From: Gemmatimonadota bacterium
GTDB taxonomy: Bacteria; Gemmatimonadota; Gemmatimonadetes; Longimicrobiales; Gaopeijiaceae
Direction of reading: 5' to 3'
Length of the DNA stretch: 64,000 bases
Assembly (NCBI GenBank): GCA_022826565.1
Contig: JAJDUP010000054.1
Location: 6,636 to 70,635, forward strand
Position 1 is the stretch's first letter. The number at the start of each line of letters is the position of its first letter. Of the stretch, positions 26,779 to 36,323 are shown piece by piece. The notes beneath the pieces were generated by a model, which saw nothing but the letters and a program-made list of their open reading frames with translations, was not told where the DNA came from and did not search any database. The position numbers were made by a program, and so were the translations under genes.

Positions 26779-26807
26779 AGTGTACAGGGTTGACGAACGG
26801 ATGTCAA
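26779..26807 (-). promoter_or_regulatory. sigma70-type promoter of the met operon
   Basis: Reverse strand reads TTGACA - 17 nt - TACACT, about 15 nt upstream of riboswitch helix P1. Confidence 0.5.
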
Positions 26808-26993
26808 CAAGAAATACGCGAGGGCACTTCGTACTCTCCTCCCGTGGGCACGCCTACGGTCCCGCGGAAATGACCAGGGACATTCGCATGTCCGGATGGG
26901 ACAGGTGGGGCCGCACCCGAAATCAGTCCCATACAGCTATTGGAACGCCCGCCAATCGGGGCCACCCTTCACGCCCGACGCCAGGCACCCTCT

Positions 26994-28070
26994 ATGAATG
27001 CCCAGCGGGCCACCCGATCCCAGCCCCCGAGTTCGACCAGATTGGCCGCCAACCCTCCCCGCTCGAAGCACGATGAAGCGTACAAGCTGCTCTTTTCCAG
27101 CGCGGCCATGGCCGAGGACCTCGTGTCCTACATCCTGCCCGAGTTCGCGAAGCGGGTCGATTGGCCAACTCTTCGGATGCTGTCCCCCAGCTTCGTCAAA
27201 CGCGAGGGTCTCCGGCAGCGGCACGCCGACATGCTGTGGCGGGCCCGGCTGCGGGAGCATGGCCGCCACCCCGTGTACCTGGCGCTCGAGTTCCAGTCTA
27301 CGCCGGTGAGCAACATGGCCTTTCGGGTACAGGAGTACGTCGGCCTGATGCTTCGGGAAGCGGAACTTGCTGGCGATGTCGGCTCGGGGGGTGGCCCACC
27401 GATCGCTGTACCAATCGTCATCTACAACGGGACGGCACCCTGGAACGCCGCCACAGACCTCGCAGACTGGCTCTTGCCTGGCGCCGACGCGACCCTCGCA
27501 CAGGCACTTGGCTTCCAGCTTCGCCGCAAGTATATTCTCGTCGATCTGAAGACGGTTCCGCCTTTGGACCAGCGTCCCGACAGCTGGTTCTCGGTACTGG
27601 CCGAATGGGAAGCTGCCCGTTGGGCGAGGGACGCGGCTCGTCTTGCCGAGCTCTGGCGACTTGCGCGGGAGTCCGGTGACGAGGGCATGGTTCGTGGGTT
27701 TGGCGCGCTTAGACAGCAGATAGAACCATGGATGCGCATCCCGGAGGCTGAGACCCGGGAGCCCGAATCCAGGAAGAAGGGGAAGACGATGATCCGACAC
27801 GAAGAGACCTGGCTGGCCGAGAACCTCCGGAAGCGGGACGAGGAATTGCGTCAGGAAGGGCGTCAGGAAGGACGCCAGGAAGGACGTCAGGAAGGACGAG
27901 AGTCGCTGCTGCGCCAACTGGCGTTTCGGAAATTCGGTCCCGATGGGGTTGCGGTACTATCCCACGTGCTGGAGGCACCATCGGATCTGGACCGCACCGA
28001 GGTGCTCGCCGATGCGATCATCGAGTGCGAGACGGTCGCCGAGCTTATGGACCGGACCAGGGAGCTCTAG
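26994..28070 (+). CDS. Rpn-family recombination-promoting nuclease / YhgA-like putative transposase (PD-(D/E)xK) with DUF4351-like C-terminus
   Basis: HDEAYKLLFSSAAMAEDLVSYILPEF...RHADMLWRARL...PVYLALEFQSTPVSNMAFRVQEYVGLMLRE is the Rpn/YhgA core. It is followed by a (RQEG)4 linker and LLRQLAFRKFG...LADAIIECETVAELM (DUF4351-like). Alternative upstream ATG at 26940. Confidence 0.8.
   Translation: MNAQRATRSQPPSSTRLAANPPRSKHDEAYKLLFSSAAMAEDLVSYILPEFAKRVDWPTLRMLSPSFVKREGLRQRHADMLWRARLREHGRHPVYLALEFQSTPVSNMAFRVQEYVGLMLREAELAGDVGSGGGPPIAVPIVIYNGTAPWNAATDLADWLLPGADATLAQALGFQLRRKYILVDLKTVPPLDQRPDSWFSVLAEWEAARWARDAARLAELWRLARESGDEGMVRGFGALRQQIEPWMRIPEAETREPESRKKGKTMIRHEETWLAENLRKRDEELRQEGRQEGRQEGRQEGRESLLRQLAFRKFGPDGVAVLSHVLEAPSDLDRTEVLADAIIECETVAELMDRTREL
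27849..27896 (+). repeat. 4 x 12-bp in-frame tandem repeat (cgtcaggaaggN) encoding (RQEG)4
   Basis: cgtcaggaaggg cgtcaggaagga cgccaggaagga cgtcaggaagga, read directly from the sequence. Confidence 0.9.
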
Positions 28071-28161
28071 TGTCCTGTCCCGGAAATCTCTCGGCTATTC
28101 GAGCACCGATGCATCCGCGCTGGACCGCTACGCTCGCCGAGCCCGCGCCCGGGCACGTGTG

Positions 28162-31100
28162 CTACCGCACGGCCACCTCCCCCACGCTCACCCAGTAGCG
28201 CTCGCCGCCGGCCTGACCCTCCACAACCACCGCCAGGTACGGCCCGCGCCCCTCGGCGTGAGCCGCTGGCGCCACCCATCCGTTCGCCGTCGTGGTCCAT
28301 CGCGCGCCCGACGCCCGCTCCTGGGGCATGTCGATCGTGCCGACGGTGCCGTAGGCCCCATTGAACACGACATCGAGGTACTCGTACGAGGCTCCCCCGT
28401 CCGGCACGGCGGCCGCGTCCACCACCACTTTCCACGTCCCGGCGGCCGGATCGTGCACCACCAGCGACTCGTCGCCGACCGGATCGCCATCGGCCCGCGC
28501 GGCCGAGCAGGCGTCGCCCGTACAGTCGAAGATGTAGACGTCTAGGTCGCCCTCGCCGATCACCCGCGTGTTCACCATCAGCGCGGTTGAGCCCGGCAGC
28601 ACCTCCACCTCGAAGACCTGCTGCTCACGGGGCTGAATCGTCCGCCCCTCGCTCCGGGCGCTGCCCACCGGCGTGGTCACGGCGGCGCCCTCGAATGCCG
28701 CCATCCGGTTCGTCATCCACACCTGGTGGCTGGCGCCGTTGGCCGCACCGTTATCGGCTCCGTTCCCGTTGTCAGCGACGACCTGCGTTGTCACCCCTTC
28801 CACATCCACCGCCAGCGCCGAAACCGTCAGCGTCGCGGGCGTGGGCGGCACCGGCTCGTCCTTCTTGGCCTGCTGCCAGTCGAAGGTCCGGGTGTCCGCG
28901 ATGTCGGCCAGGCGCACCTCCCACGTCCCGGGAACCGGATCGGGAATCACCTGTGTGATCCCGGCCCCGCCGGTGCGCACGATCTCGCCCCGCTGGTAGC
29001 GGGTATCCGGGCGGGCAATCGCCAGCGCAACCTCACGCTCCTCCCAGCCGACCTCCACCTTGAGCGCCGTCACGCCTTCGGGCACGTCGAAGAAGTGGCT
29101 CTGCATGCCGGGGCGCGGGACCTTGACCTCTTTCGTCACCGTGTATTCGCCGGCGGCGTTGAGAGGCTCCGGAGCCACGATCGCCGCGAGCATGCGGTGG
29201 GCGTAGCCGGTGACGTCCGGGTGGTCGAGGGTGAGGTGCGCGGTGTGGACGCCGTGGTCGGACGGGGTCGCCGTGACCGGCAGCTCGACCGGGGTGCCGA
29301 GCGGGAGGGCAACCGTCAGCGGAGATGAAAACGTGCCGTGGTCGTTGCCCTCCCAGCTGACGTCGAAGGTCATCGGGGCCGAGGGGCCGGAGTTGCGCGT
29401 GAGCGTGACCGTGCGCTCGCGCCGCACCCCTTTCTTCCAGCCGCTGCGTTCGTAGAGACCGAAGCCCTCGTGGGGCGTCGGCAGCATGTGGCTGTACGGC
29501 GTGACGATCGACGAGCGGCTCTCGATGTCGACCGTCATGCCGCCCGCGTGCAGCTCCTGCAGGATAGCCCAGGCGCCGGCCACGCTGATCACGCCGTTGC
29601 CCTGCTTGTAGGCGGCGATGTTGGGCACGTACCGCGCCCCGCGCTGCACGGCGTACTTGATGATGTACGGTTCGACTTCCATGCCGGACTGCCGCGCCGC
29701 GCTGATCAGGAGTGCGACCGCGCCCGAGGCGGTCGGCGTGGCCGTCGAGGTGCCGCCCGCGATCGTGTAGCCCGGCGGCAGCTCGAAGAGGCCCGGAATC
29801 GCGCGCCCGTCCACGAATCCCTGCGATGTGCTCACATAGTTCGAGGGCGAGATGATGTCGGGCTTGAGCGTCCCGTCGCCCATCGGGCCGTAGCCGCCGG
29901 TGATCAGCAGCATGTCGTCGTGCTCGACGCGAACCCCGTGGTTCATGAAGAAGTTGTCCTTGCCCTCGTGGCCGCCCACGCCGATGACGCCCCGCCCCAT
30001 CACGATGTCGTCGATGGCGCCGAGGACGGGAAAGTTGTGGGTGGGCGAGAGGATCGACGAGCCGTAGCGCTCCACCAGGCGGTCCGCGATGACCGAGGGG
30101 ACCAGGCGGCCGTCCCGCAGCAGGTAGTTGTGCGTGATGTTGGAGCTCTGCTCGAAGTAGATGACGTCGACCGAGGGGTGGGCCGCGGCCACGATCGTCG
30201 CTTCGGTCTGGCCATAGGCCGAGCCGCCTTCGCCCACGGCGGCCAGCCTGGCGCCCGGCGCGACGCCGTCGAAGCGGCCGTTTTCGCCCCGGCTGCCGAC
30301 CGACGCGCCTACGACCAGCGTGCCGTGCCGCGCGATTCCGAGGTTGAGGGCGACGCGCTCCTTGTCGGCGTCGATCTGCACGCCGAATCCCACGGACTCG
30401 CGCACCGGGGTGTCGGGGTCGTCGGTGCCGAAGACGCCGAATTCGCCTCGCTCATCGTACTCCCCGAGCGTGGCCTCGTTGGTCAGGTCGCGATCCTGGT
30501 CGGTGTCTACCCACACGTCTCCGGTGGACTCGTCCCACAAGACAGCGAAGAAGTGACTGGATCCCTCTGGATTCCCGTCGCGGTTGACGTCGAGATCGAG
30601 CCCCTGGAAGCCGAAGACGCCCGCTGAATCGGCCCTGGACTCGTCGAACAGCGCGATCCGGAAGACGCCGTCGCGCGGGGCGGTGTAGGTCGAGTCGCGG
30701 TAAGTGAAGGTGCCGCCGGACGCCTCGACCATGTCGTCCATGTCGATCCAGCGACCGTCGTCCTCGATCTCGGGGTCGAGCACGTTGCGGTAGACCTCGA
30801 TCTTGGGCACGGGCTGACCGTCGAGGGTGTACGCGGTCTGTAGTTCCGGCAGCAGCATGTCCGGGAACATGTCGATCTGCGCGATCGTGACGCCACGGCC
30901 GTCGAAGGTGGGGTTCTCTTCGCGGAACTCGATGGCGCGCAAGTCGCCGATCGGGCTGTAGCGGTCGGCGAGAGGCCGGTCGCTGAGGACGGGCGGCCAG
31001 ACTGTGTCCGGCGTCTGGCTGTCTGGCGCGGACCCTGCGGACGCTCCCGGCAGAGGCGGCAGGTCGTCTTCCGGCGCCCCCCCGGCCAGCCCGAACGACC

Positions 31101-31449
31101 GCGACCGGTTCGTGATCGACACGTCGATGCTGTGGACGTCCGGATGGTCCGCGAGGTCCTCGGCGCCCTGCACCGGCACCCAGGCCCGCACGTATTCCAC
31201 CTGGTCGAAGCGGAAGCCGATGCGCCCGCCCATGGCCTCGATCGCGGCGGCCACGCGGGCATTTCGGCCCGGCATCGACGCGATCACCACGACGACCTCG
31301 GCGTCGCCGCGGACCCGGGCCTGGGCAAGTTCGCCGCGGGCGTCCTTGAAGAGGTAGGGACGTCGCTCGGGCTGGGCCTCGGCGACGGGGGCCAGCAGGC
31401 CCAGGAGGAGCAGGGTTTGGAGTGCGGTGAGGATCGACTTCTGGCGCAT
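28162..31449 (-). CDS. secreted S8-family (subtilisin-like) serine peptidase, large multidomain
   Basis: The track ORF extends to 31950, but the first ATG followed by a signal peptide is 31449 (MRQKSILTALQTLLLLGLLAPVAEAQ). Triad order is Asp (GVTIAQIDMFPD), His (ARHGTLVVGASVG), Ser (AGGTSTATPTASGAVALL). 1095 aa. Confidence 0.85.
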   Translation of the reverse strand: MRQKSILTALQTLLLLGLLAPVAEAQPERRPYLFKDARGELAQARVRGDAEVVVVIASMPGRNARVAAAIEAMGGRIGFRFDQVEYVRAWVPVQGAEDLADHPDVHSIDVSITNRSRSFGLAGGAPEDDLPPLPGASAGSAPDSQTPDTVWPPVLSDRPLADRYSPIGDLRAIEFREENPTFDGRGVTIAQIDMFPDMLLPELQTAYTLDGQPVPKIEVYRNVLDPEIEDDGRWIDMDDMVEASGGTFTYRDSTYTAPRDGVFRIALFDESRADSAGVFGFQGLDLDVNRDGNPEGSSHFFAVLWDESTGDVWVDTDQDRDLTNEATLGEYDERGEFGVFGTDDPDTPVRESVGFGVQIDADKERVALNLGIARHGTLVVGASVGSRGENGRFDGVAPGARLAAVGEGGSAYGQTEATIVAAAHPSVDVIYFEQSSNITHNYLLRDGRLVPSVIADRLVERYGSSILSPTHNFPVLGAIDDIVMGRGVIGVGGHEGKDNFFMNHGVRVEHDDMLLITGGYGPMGDGTLKPDIISPSNYVSTSQGFVDGRAIPGLFELPPGYTIAGGTSTATPTASGAVALLISAARQSGMEVEPYIIKYAVQRGARYVPNIAAYKQGNGVISVAGAWAILQELHAGGMTVDIESRSSIVTPYSHMLPTPHEGFGLYERSGWKKGVRRERTVTLTRNSGPSAPMTFDVSWEGNDHGTFSSPLTVALPLGTPVELPVTATPSDHGVHTAHLTLDHPDVTGYAHRMLAAIVAPEPLNAAGEYTVTKEVKVPRPGMQSHFFDVPEGVTALKVEVGWEEREVALAIARPDTRYQRGEIVRTGGAGITQVIPDPVPGTWEVRLADIADTRTFDWQQAKKDEPVPPTPATLTVSALAVDVEGVTTQVVADNGNGADNGAANGASHQVWMTNRMAAFEGAAVTTPVGSARSEGRTIQPREQQVFEVEVLPGSTALMVNTRVIGEGDLDVYIFDCTGDACSAARADGDPVGDESLVVHDPAAGTWKVVVDAAAVPDGGASYEYLDVVFNGAYGTVGTIDMPQERASGARWTTTANGWVAPAAHAEGRGPYLAVVVEGQAGGERYWVSVGEVAVR

Positions 31450-31674
31450 GATGGCTCTCCGGGTCCGGGGGCTCGCACAACGTGGACCGGTGGGCCGGCG
31501 ACATGGGCCGCGATGTCGGCCGAAACGGCCGTGGAGTCGGCTGCATGGGCCGGCGGACCGGCGCTGTATGCAGAATTGCTCCGTGGAGCCGGGTCCGCAA
31601 TCGGCGGGCTCGCCGCCGGGGCCTCCCGGGGCATAGGTTGCGGTTGAACACGTCCCCCGCCCTGGAGGTATCTC

Positions 31675-32453
31675 ATGAAGTCGCTGGTCCGTCCGGTTCT
31701 CTGCGCCGCCACCTTCGTTGCCGCCATGGCCACCGTCGCGCCCGGATCCCTCCACGCACAGGAGACCGCGCCCGGAATCGAGACCATCCGCCAGTCGGAC
31801 CTCAGCGCCGACCTGCATTTCCTGGCCGGTGACGAGCTGCGCGGACGCCTGGCCGGGTCGCCCGAGGGACGGGTGGCGAGCGCCTTCATCAAGTCGCGCT
31901 TCCGACGGCTGGGTCTGGTGCCGGTCGGCCCCGGGGGTACCTACTACCACTACTTCAACGTCGCGCAGACCGAGGTCGGCGAAGACAATCGCCTGCGGGT
32001 CGCGGACGGCAGCGTCACGTTGCCGTGCTGAACATGGACATGATCGGCCGCAACGAGGAGGTGGTGGTGGGCGGCGGGGGGCGGTTCCGCGGACTCGACG
32101 TCCAGAGTGCGGAGTCGAACGCGAACGCGATCAACATCCTGGGTACGCTGCGGAGCCCGGATCTGCGGGCTGAAGTCGAGCGCGCCAACGAGGCCACCGG
32201 TCTGGAGATGCGTTATCGCTACGACAATCATCCCCTGCAACTGCTGCGACGCAGCGATCACTGGCCGTTCATACAGGGAGGCGTGCCCGCGCTCTTCTAC
32301 CACACCGGGCTGCACCCCGACTATCACCGGCCGGACGACATCCCCGAGCGCATCAACTACGAGAAGCTCGAGAAGGTGGTGCGGCTGGTGTATCAGACGA
32401 GCTGGGGGCTGGCGCAGCGCCCGAGCATACCACCGCGAGTCAGTCTGCGGTAG
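31675..32453 (+). pseudogene. M28-family aminopeptidase remnant with internal deletion and frameshift
   Basis: ORF 31675-32031 (GGAGGT SD, signal peptide, SDLSADLHFLAGDELRGRLAGSPEGRVASAFIKSRF) is an M28 N-terminus. ORF 32025-32453 in another frame begins at the late motif LNMDMIGR and ends with HPDYHRPDD...INYEKL. The central catalytic core carrying most zinc ligands is missing. Confidence 0.7.
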
Positions 32454-32584
32454 GCGCCGAAACGGCGGCTGCCGGGGCGGCTGGAAGTTGCCCACCCGAT
32501 CCAACCGGTTAGGATTCCTGATGTTGGTGGTCAACCGCATTGGGCCACGTCGAATGACAGCGTGTGATTGAAGGAGCCGATCTG

Positions 32585-33844
32585 ATGAGCAAGCAAGTGA
32601 TGTCTGTTGGTGCGCCAGTTGTCGTCTTCCTGGCAACTTTGTCCTGCAACACCCTGACCGACACGCCGGGCTTCCAGCCGGGACCGCTCGGGGCGGTCAC
32701 CCTGGAGGCGGGCGATGCCGTCCGGATCCGCATGCTGGCCTCGGTCACGGTCGCGCCGACGCTGGGGGCCGTGTCGCGGCAAGGCGCCGAGTTCGCGATC
32801 GAGGACATGCGGAGCATTCGCGGACGCGAGGTCGAACTCGGTGACCCCGTCGACACGAGTTGTTCGCCGGCGGGCGGGCGCGCAGGTGCGAGCGGAATCG
32901 TCGCAGACCCGCAGGTGGCAGGGTTGATCGGAACCAACTGCTCGGCCGCCGCCGTCGCCGCGTCGCCCGTCGTCAGCGGCGCGGGCCTGGTCATGATCTC
33001 ACCGAGCAACACCTCGCCGAGGCTGACTTCCAACCTGGCCGGCAACCCGGACGCCGACTATCACCCCGGTTACTTTCGCATTGCGTCCAACGACCTCCAC
33101 CAGGCGCGCGCGCTCTCGGACTTCGTGTACAACGAGCTGGAGCTGAGGAGCGTCGGCACCCTTCACGACGGCGACCCGTACACAACCGCCCTGGTGGCGG
33201 CGTTTGCCGACGCGTTCGGGGCTCTCGGTGGAGATGTTCCGGTCCGGGCCGCGATCGGGAAGGGCGAGACCGACATGGCCAATGTCCTCGCCAAGTTCGC
33301 GGCCGCGGGACCGGACGCCATCTTCTTCCCGCTCTTCGTCAACGAAGGGTCGGCGTTCGCCGCGCAAGCGCGGAGCTTCGATGGACTTGAGGGAACGACA
33401 CTGATCTCGGCGGCTGCGCTGCTGGTCTCGTCCTTCCTCGAGACCCCGCAATCGGAGGGGATGTACTTCGCCGGGCCGGAATCGGACTACGGCTCGAACG
33501 TCAACGAGGTCACGGGACGGAGTGGCGAGCAGGTGCTGTCCGCATTCGAGGCAACACATGGCGGCTTCCCGCAGTCGCCGTACTGGGCGCACGCATACGA
33601 CGCGACAACCATGCTGCTCTCGGCCATCGAGTCCGTTGCGGTGGACGAGGGTGACAGGCTGTTCATCGACCGCGCGATGCTGCGCGACGCGGTGGGAGCA
33701 ACCGCCATGAGCGGCCTGGTCGGGACGGTAACCTGCGACCGCTATGGCGACTGCGGCACGGGACGGATGAACATCTACCACCACACGGACACGGCCATCA
33801 CCGACGTCGCCCGGCTGCCGGTCGTGTACGTGTATAGTCCCTGA
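32585..33844 (+). CDS. ABC-transporter substrate-binding protein, branched-chain amino acid (LivJ/K, Peripla_BP_6) type lipoprotein
   Basis: GAAGGAG 8 nt upstream of ATG 32585. Lipobox FLATLSC. IGTNCSAAAVAASPVVSGAGLVMISPSNTSPRLT and ...DAIFFPLFVNEGSAFAAQAR are typical of the family. Confidence 0.85.
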   Translation: MSKQVMSVGAPVVVFLATLSCNTLTDTPGFQPGPLGAVTLEAGDAVRIRMLASVTVAPTLGAVSRQGAEFAIEDMRSIRGREVELGDPVDTSCSPAGGRAGASGIVADPQVAGLIGTNCSAAAVAASPVVSGAGLVMISPSNTSPRLTSNLAGNPDADYHPGYFRIASNDLHQARALSDFVYNELELRSVGTLHDGDPYTTALVAAFADAFGALGGDVPVRAAIGKGETDMANVLAKFAAAGPDAIFFPLFVNEGSAFAAQARSFDGLEGTTLISAAALLVSSFLETPQSEGMYFAGPESDYGSNVNEVTGRSGEQVLSAFEATHGGFPQSPYWAHAYDATTMLLSAIESVAVDEGDRLFIDRAMLRDAVGATAMSGLVGTVTCDRYGDCGTGRMNIYHHTDTAITDVARLPVVYVYSP

Positions 33845-33941
33845 GCGCGACGGGGCCCACATGCGCCCGATGTAACTGGCGAAATCCCGGGGGCGGAACG
33901 AGATTTACAGGTCTATCCCGCACCCCACATCAGGCCGCTTC

Positions 33942-36227
33942 ATGAGATCTTCCCCAGCGATCATTGCCGCTGCGACAGTGCTCGTATTCGCCGATCCCGT
34001 CCTATCACAGAACTCCGAAGCCGGATCCGCGGGCGGGGGTTCGGACGGCGCCATGCCGACGACCGCCACGGCCGTGGAGGTGACCGAGGCCCCCATCATC
34101 GACGGCCGTCCCGACGAGGCGGTTTGGCGGCAGGCTGGCGTGATGACCGGATTCACCCAGCGCGTGCCCTTCGACGGACAGCCCGCCAGCGAGCGCACCG
34201 AGGTCCGGGTGATCTTCGACGACGAGGCGCTCTACGTCGGCGTCTGGGCCTTCGACAGCCAGGCCGACGCCATCACCTACGGCGAGCGGATCCGCGACTA
34301 CGAGGTGAACCAGAGCGACGCGATCGTCTTCGTGCTCGACACCTACAACGACGATCAGAACGGCTTCGTCTTCGGGACCACGCCCACGGGCATCGAGTAC
34401 GACGGACAGGTCGCGAACGAGGGGCGCGGCGGCGGCCGCTTCCAGGGGGGCGGCTTCAACTCGCGGCAGCGCTTCCAGTCGGGATCGGGCGGCGGCTTCA
34501 ACAAGAACTGGGACGGCAGCTGGACGGTGGCGACGACCACCGACGGCGAGGGCTGGTACGCCGAGTTCCGCATCCCCTTCAACACCCTGCGCTACGGGGC
34601 AAACAGCGAGACCTGGGGATTCAACGTCATCCGCCGTATCCGGCGCCTGAACGAGGAGTCGTTCTGGACCCCGGTGCCGCGCGAGTTCAATCTCTACCGG
34701 CTCAACTATGCGGGCGATCTGGAGGGGCTGCAGCCGCCCTTCCGGCGCCTGGCCACGGTCACGCCGTACGTGCTGGGGTCGACCGGGCGCGATTACACCG
34801 CCGCCACCGGCTTCTCTCAGGACGGCAATCTCGGCGGCGAGGTCAAGCTGCAGGTCACGCAGGGCCTCACGCTCGATGTCACCTACAACACCGACTTCGC
34901 CCAGGTCGAGGTGGACGACCAGCAGCTGAATCTGACGCGCTTTTCGCTCAACTTTCCCGAGAAGCGGCCGTTCTTCCTCGAGAATGCGGGGTTCTTCAGC
35001 GTGGGCGGCGGGGGTGCCGATCTCTTCTTCAGCCGCAGGATCGGGATCGCGAGCGGCCAGCCGGTGCCGATCACCGGTGGGGCGCGGCTGTCCGGCCGCG
35101 CCGCTGGGCTGAACTTGGGACTGCTGCATATTCAGACCGGCGGGGAGACGGGGCTGCAGGACGCGCACGGCTACTCGGTTGCCCGTCTGGCGAAGGAGTT
35201 GCCGAACCGCTCGCGGGTCGGGGGCCTGTTCGTCAACAAGAGCGGCCCGGACGGCGACTTCAACCGCACCTACGCGGCGGACGTCGCCATCGGAGTCGGA
35301 GAGGCATTCACTCTCAGCAGCTTCGTCTCCGCCACCGACGACCCGGAGGATCCGGGCGATGGCTACGCGTGGGACCTGTCCGGCAACTGGAGCAGCCGGA
35401 CCTGGACGTTCACGGGAACGGCCCGCGAGATCGGCCAGGGCTTCAACCCCGAAGTCGGGTTCCTGCCGCGGCGGGGCTACCGGTACTACCAGTACTACGT
35501 CATGCACAGAGTCCACCCGTCGTGGCTGCGCGAGATTCGTCCGCACGTTTCGTTCTTTACCTATCGCAGCCGCAAGACCGGCATCGAGCAGGGCTTCGTC
35601 GAGTCCTCCCGCCTGCACATCGACTCACACTGGGAGTGGCCGTCGGGCGCTCAGATCCACACCGGCGCCAACTTCAACGTCGAGGGCATCTACGAGCCCT
35701 TCCGGATCCTCGGCACGGACGTGGTAGTCCCCGAGGGGACGCATCAGGGGTGGGAGTCCCAGCTCGTCTTCAACAGCAACGCCGCCGCCAGGCTGTCGGC
35801 CACTTCCAGGATCAACTTCGGCAGCTTCCTCACCGGCACGCGCTGGGGCGGCAACGGCTCGCTCACCTTCCGTCCGAATGCCTCGTTCAGCACATCGGCG
35901 CGCATCAACTACTTCAACGTCGATCTGCCGCAGGGGCAGTTCCAGACCGCCCTCCTGGGCATGAACTTCGGATACTTCTTCACGCCGCGGATCTACCTGC
36001 AGTCGCTGGTCCAGTACAGCAACCAGGTCGACAGCTGGTCGGCGAATCTCCGCTTCGGCTGGCTCAACACCGCCGGAACCGGGCTCTTCATCGTGTACAA
36101 CGACGTGCAGGGGTTCGACTTCCCCATCGGGCTGAACCCGGACGGCGGGCGGTTCGTCGAGAGCGGGACGCTCGCGCGGTCGTTCATCGTGAAATTCACC
36201 AGGCAGTTCAACGTGCTTGGAGGGTAG
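33942..36227 (+). CDS. DUF5916 / carbohydrate-binding family 9-like domain protein (probable outer-membrane beta-barrel)
   Basis: 761 aa. Signal peptide; APIIDGRPDEAVWRQAGVMTGFTQRVPFDGQPASERTEVRVIFDDEALYVGVWAFDS...DAIVFVLDTYNDDQNGFVFGTTPTGIEYD (CBM9-like); long beta-rich C-terminal part. Paralogue at 61136..63499. Confidence 0.75.
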   Translation: MRSSPAIIAAATVLVFADPVLSQNSEAGSAGGGSDGAMPTTATAVEVTEAPIIDGRPDEAVWRQAGVMTGFTQRVPFDGQPASERTEVRVIFDDEALYVGVWAFDSQADAITYGERIRDYEVNQSDAIVFVLDTYNDDQNGFVFGTTPTGIEYDGQVANEGRGGGRFQGGGFNSRQRFQSGSGGGFNKNWDGSWTVATTTDGEGWYAEFRIPFNTLRYGANSETWGFNVIRRIRRLNEESFWTPVPREFNLYRLNYAGDLEGLQPPFRRLATVTPYVLGSTGRDYTAATGFSQDGNLGGEVKLQVTQGLTLDVTYNTDFAQVEVDDQQLNLTRFSLNFPEKRPFFLENAGFFSVGGGGADLFFSRRIGIASGQPVPITGGARLSGRAAGLNLGLLHIQTGGETGLQDAHGYSVARLAKELPNRSRVGGLFVNKSGPDGDFNRTYAADVAIGVGEAFTLSSFVSATDDPEDPGDGYAWDLSGNWSSRTWTFTGTAREIGQGFNPEVGFLPRRGYRYYQYYVMHRVHPSWLREIRPHVSFFTYRSRKTGIEQGFVESSRLHIDSHWEWPSGAQIHTGANFNVEGIYEPFRILGTDVVVPEGTHQGWESQLVFNSNAAARLSATSRINFGSFLTGTRWGGNGSLTFRPNASFSTSARINYFNVDLPQGQFQTALLGMNFGYFFTPRIYLQSLVQYSNQVDSWSANLRFGWLNTAGTGLFIVYNDVQGFDFPIGLNPDGGRFVESGTLARSFIVKFTRQFNVLGG

Positions 36228-36247
36228 GGGCGGAGGGCGGCGCGGGG

Positions 36248-36272
36248 CCGCGCAACGTTTTTTGTTGCGCGG
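36248..36272. terminator. hairpin between convergent genes (possible bidirectional terminator)
   Basis: CCGCGCAAC gtttttt GTTGCGCGG: perfect 9-bp stem, T-rich 7-nt loop, no clear U-tail. Confidence 0.35.
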
Positions 36273-36323
36273 AAGCGGCGCAAGAGTGAGGCGGGACGCG
36301 GGATTTCGCTGACTGGTGTTGCG

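Noticed and set aside
27849-27896. Short tandem repeat considered as a CRISPR-like or regulatory array
   Set aside because: The units are contiguous 12-mers without spacers. They are in frame inside the Rpn gene and encode (RQEG)4. No CRISPR array was seen anywhere in the window.
31450-31950. N-terminal 167 codons of track ORF 28162-31950
   Set aside because: There is no signal peptide or motif in this part. It overlaps the divergent M28 remnant promoter and start region, and the signal peptide of the S8 peptidase starts at ATG 31449.
34005-36289. 537-aa reverse ORF and 721-aa alternative + frame ORF over the DUF5916 gene
   Set aside because: The 33942-36227 frame carries the CBM9/DUF5916 signature and a signal peptide. 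The others are low-complexity shadows.
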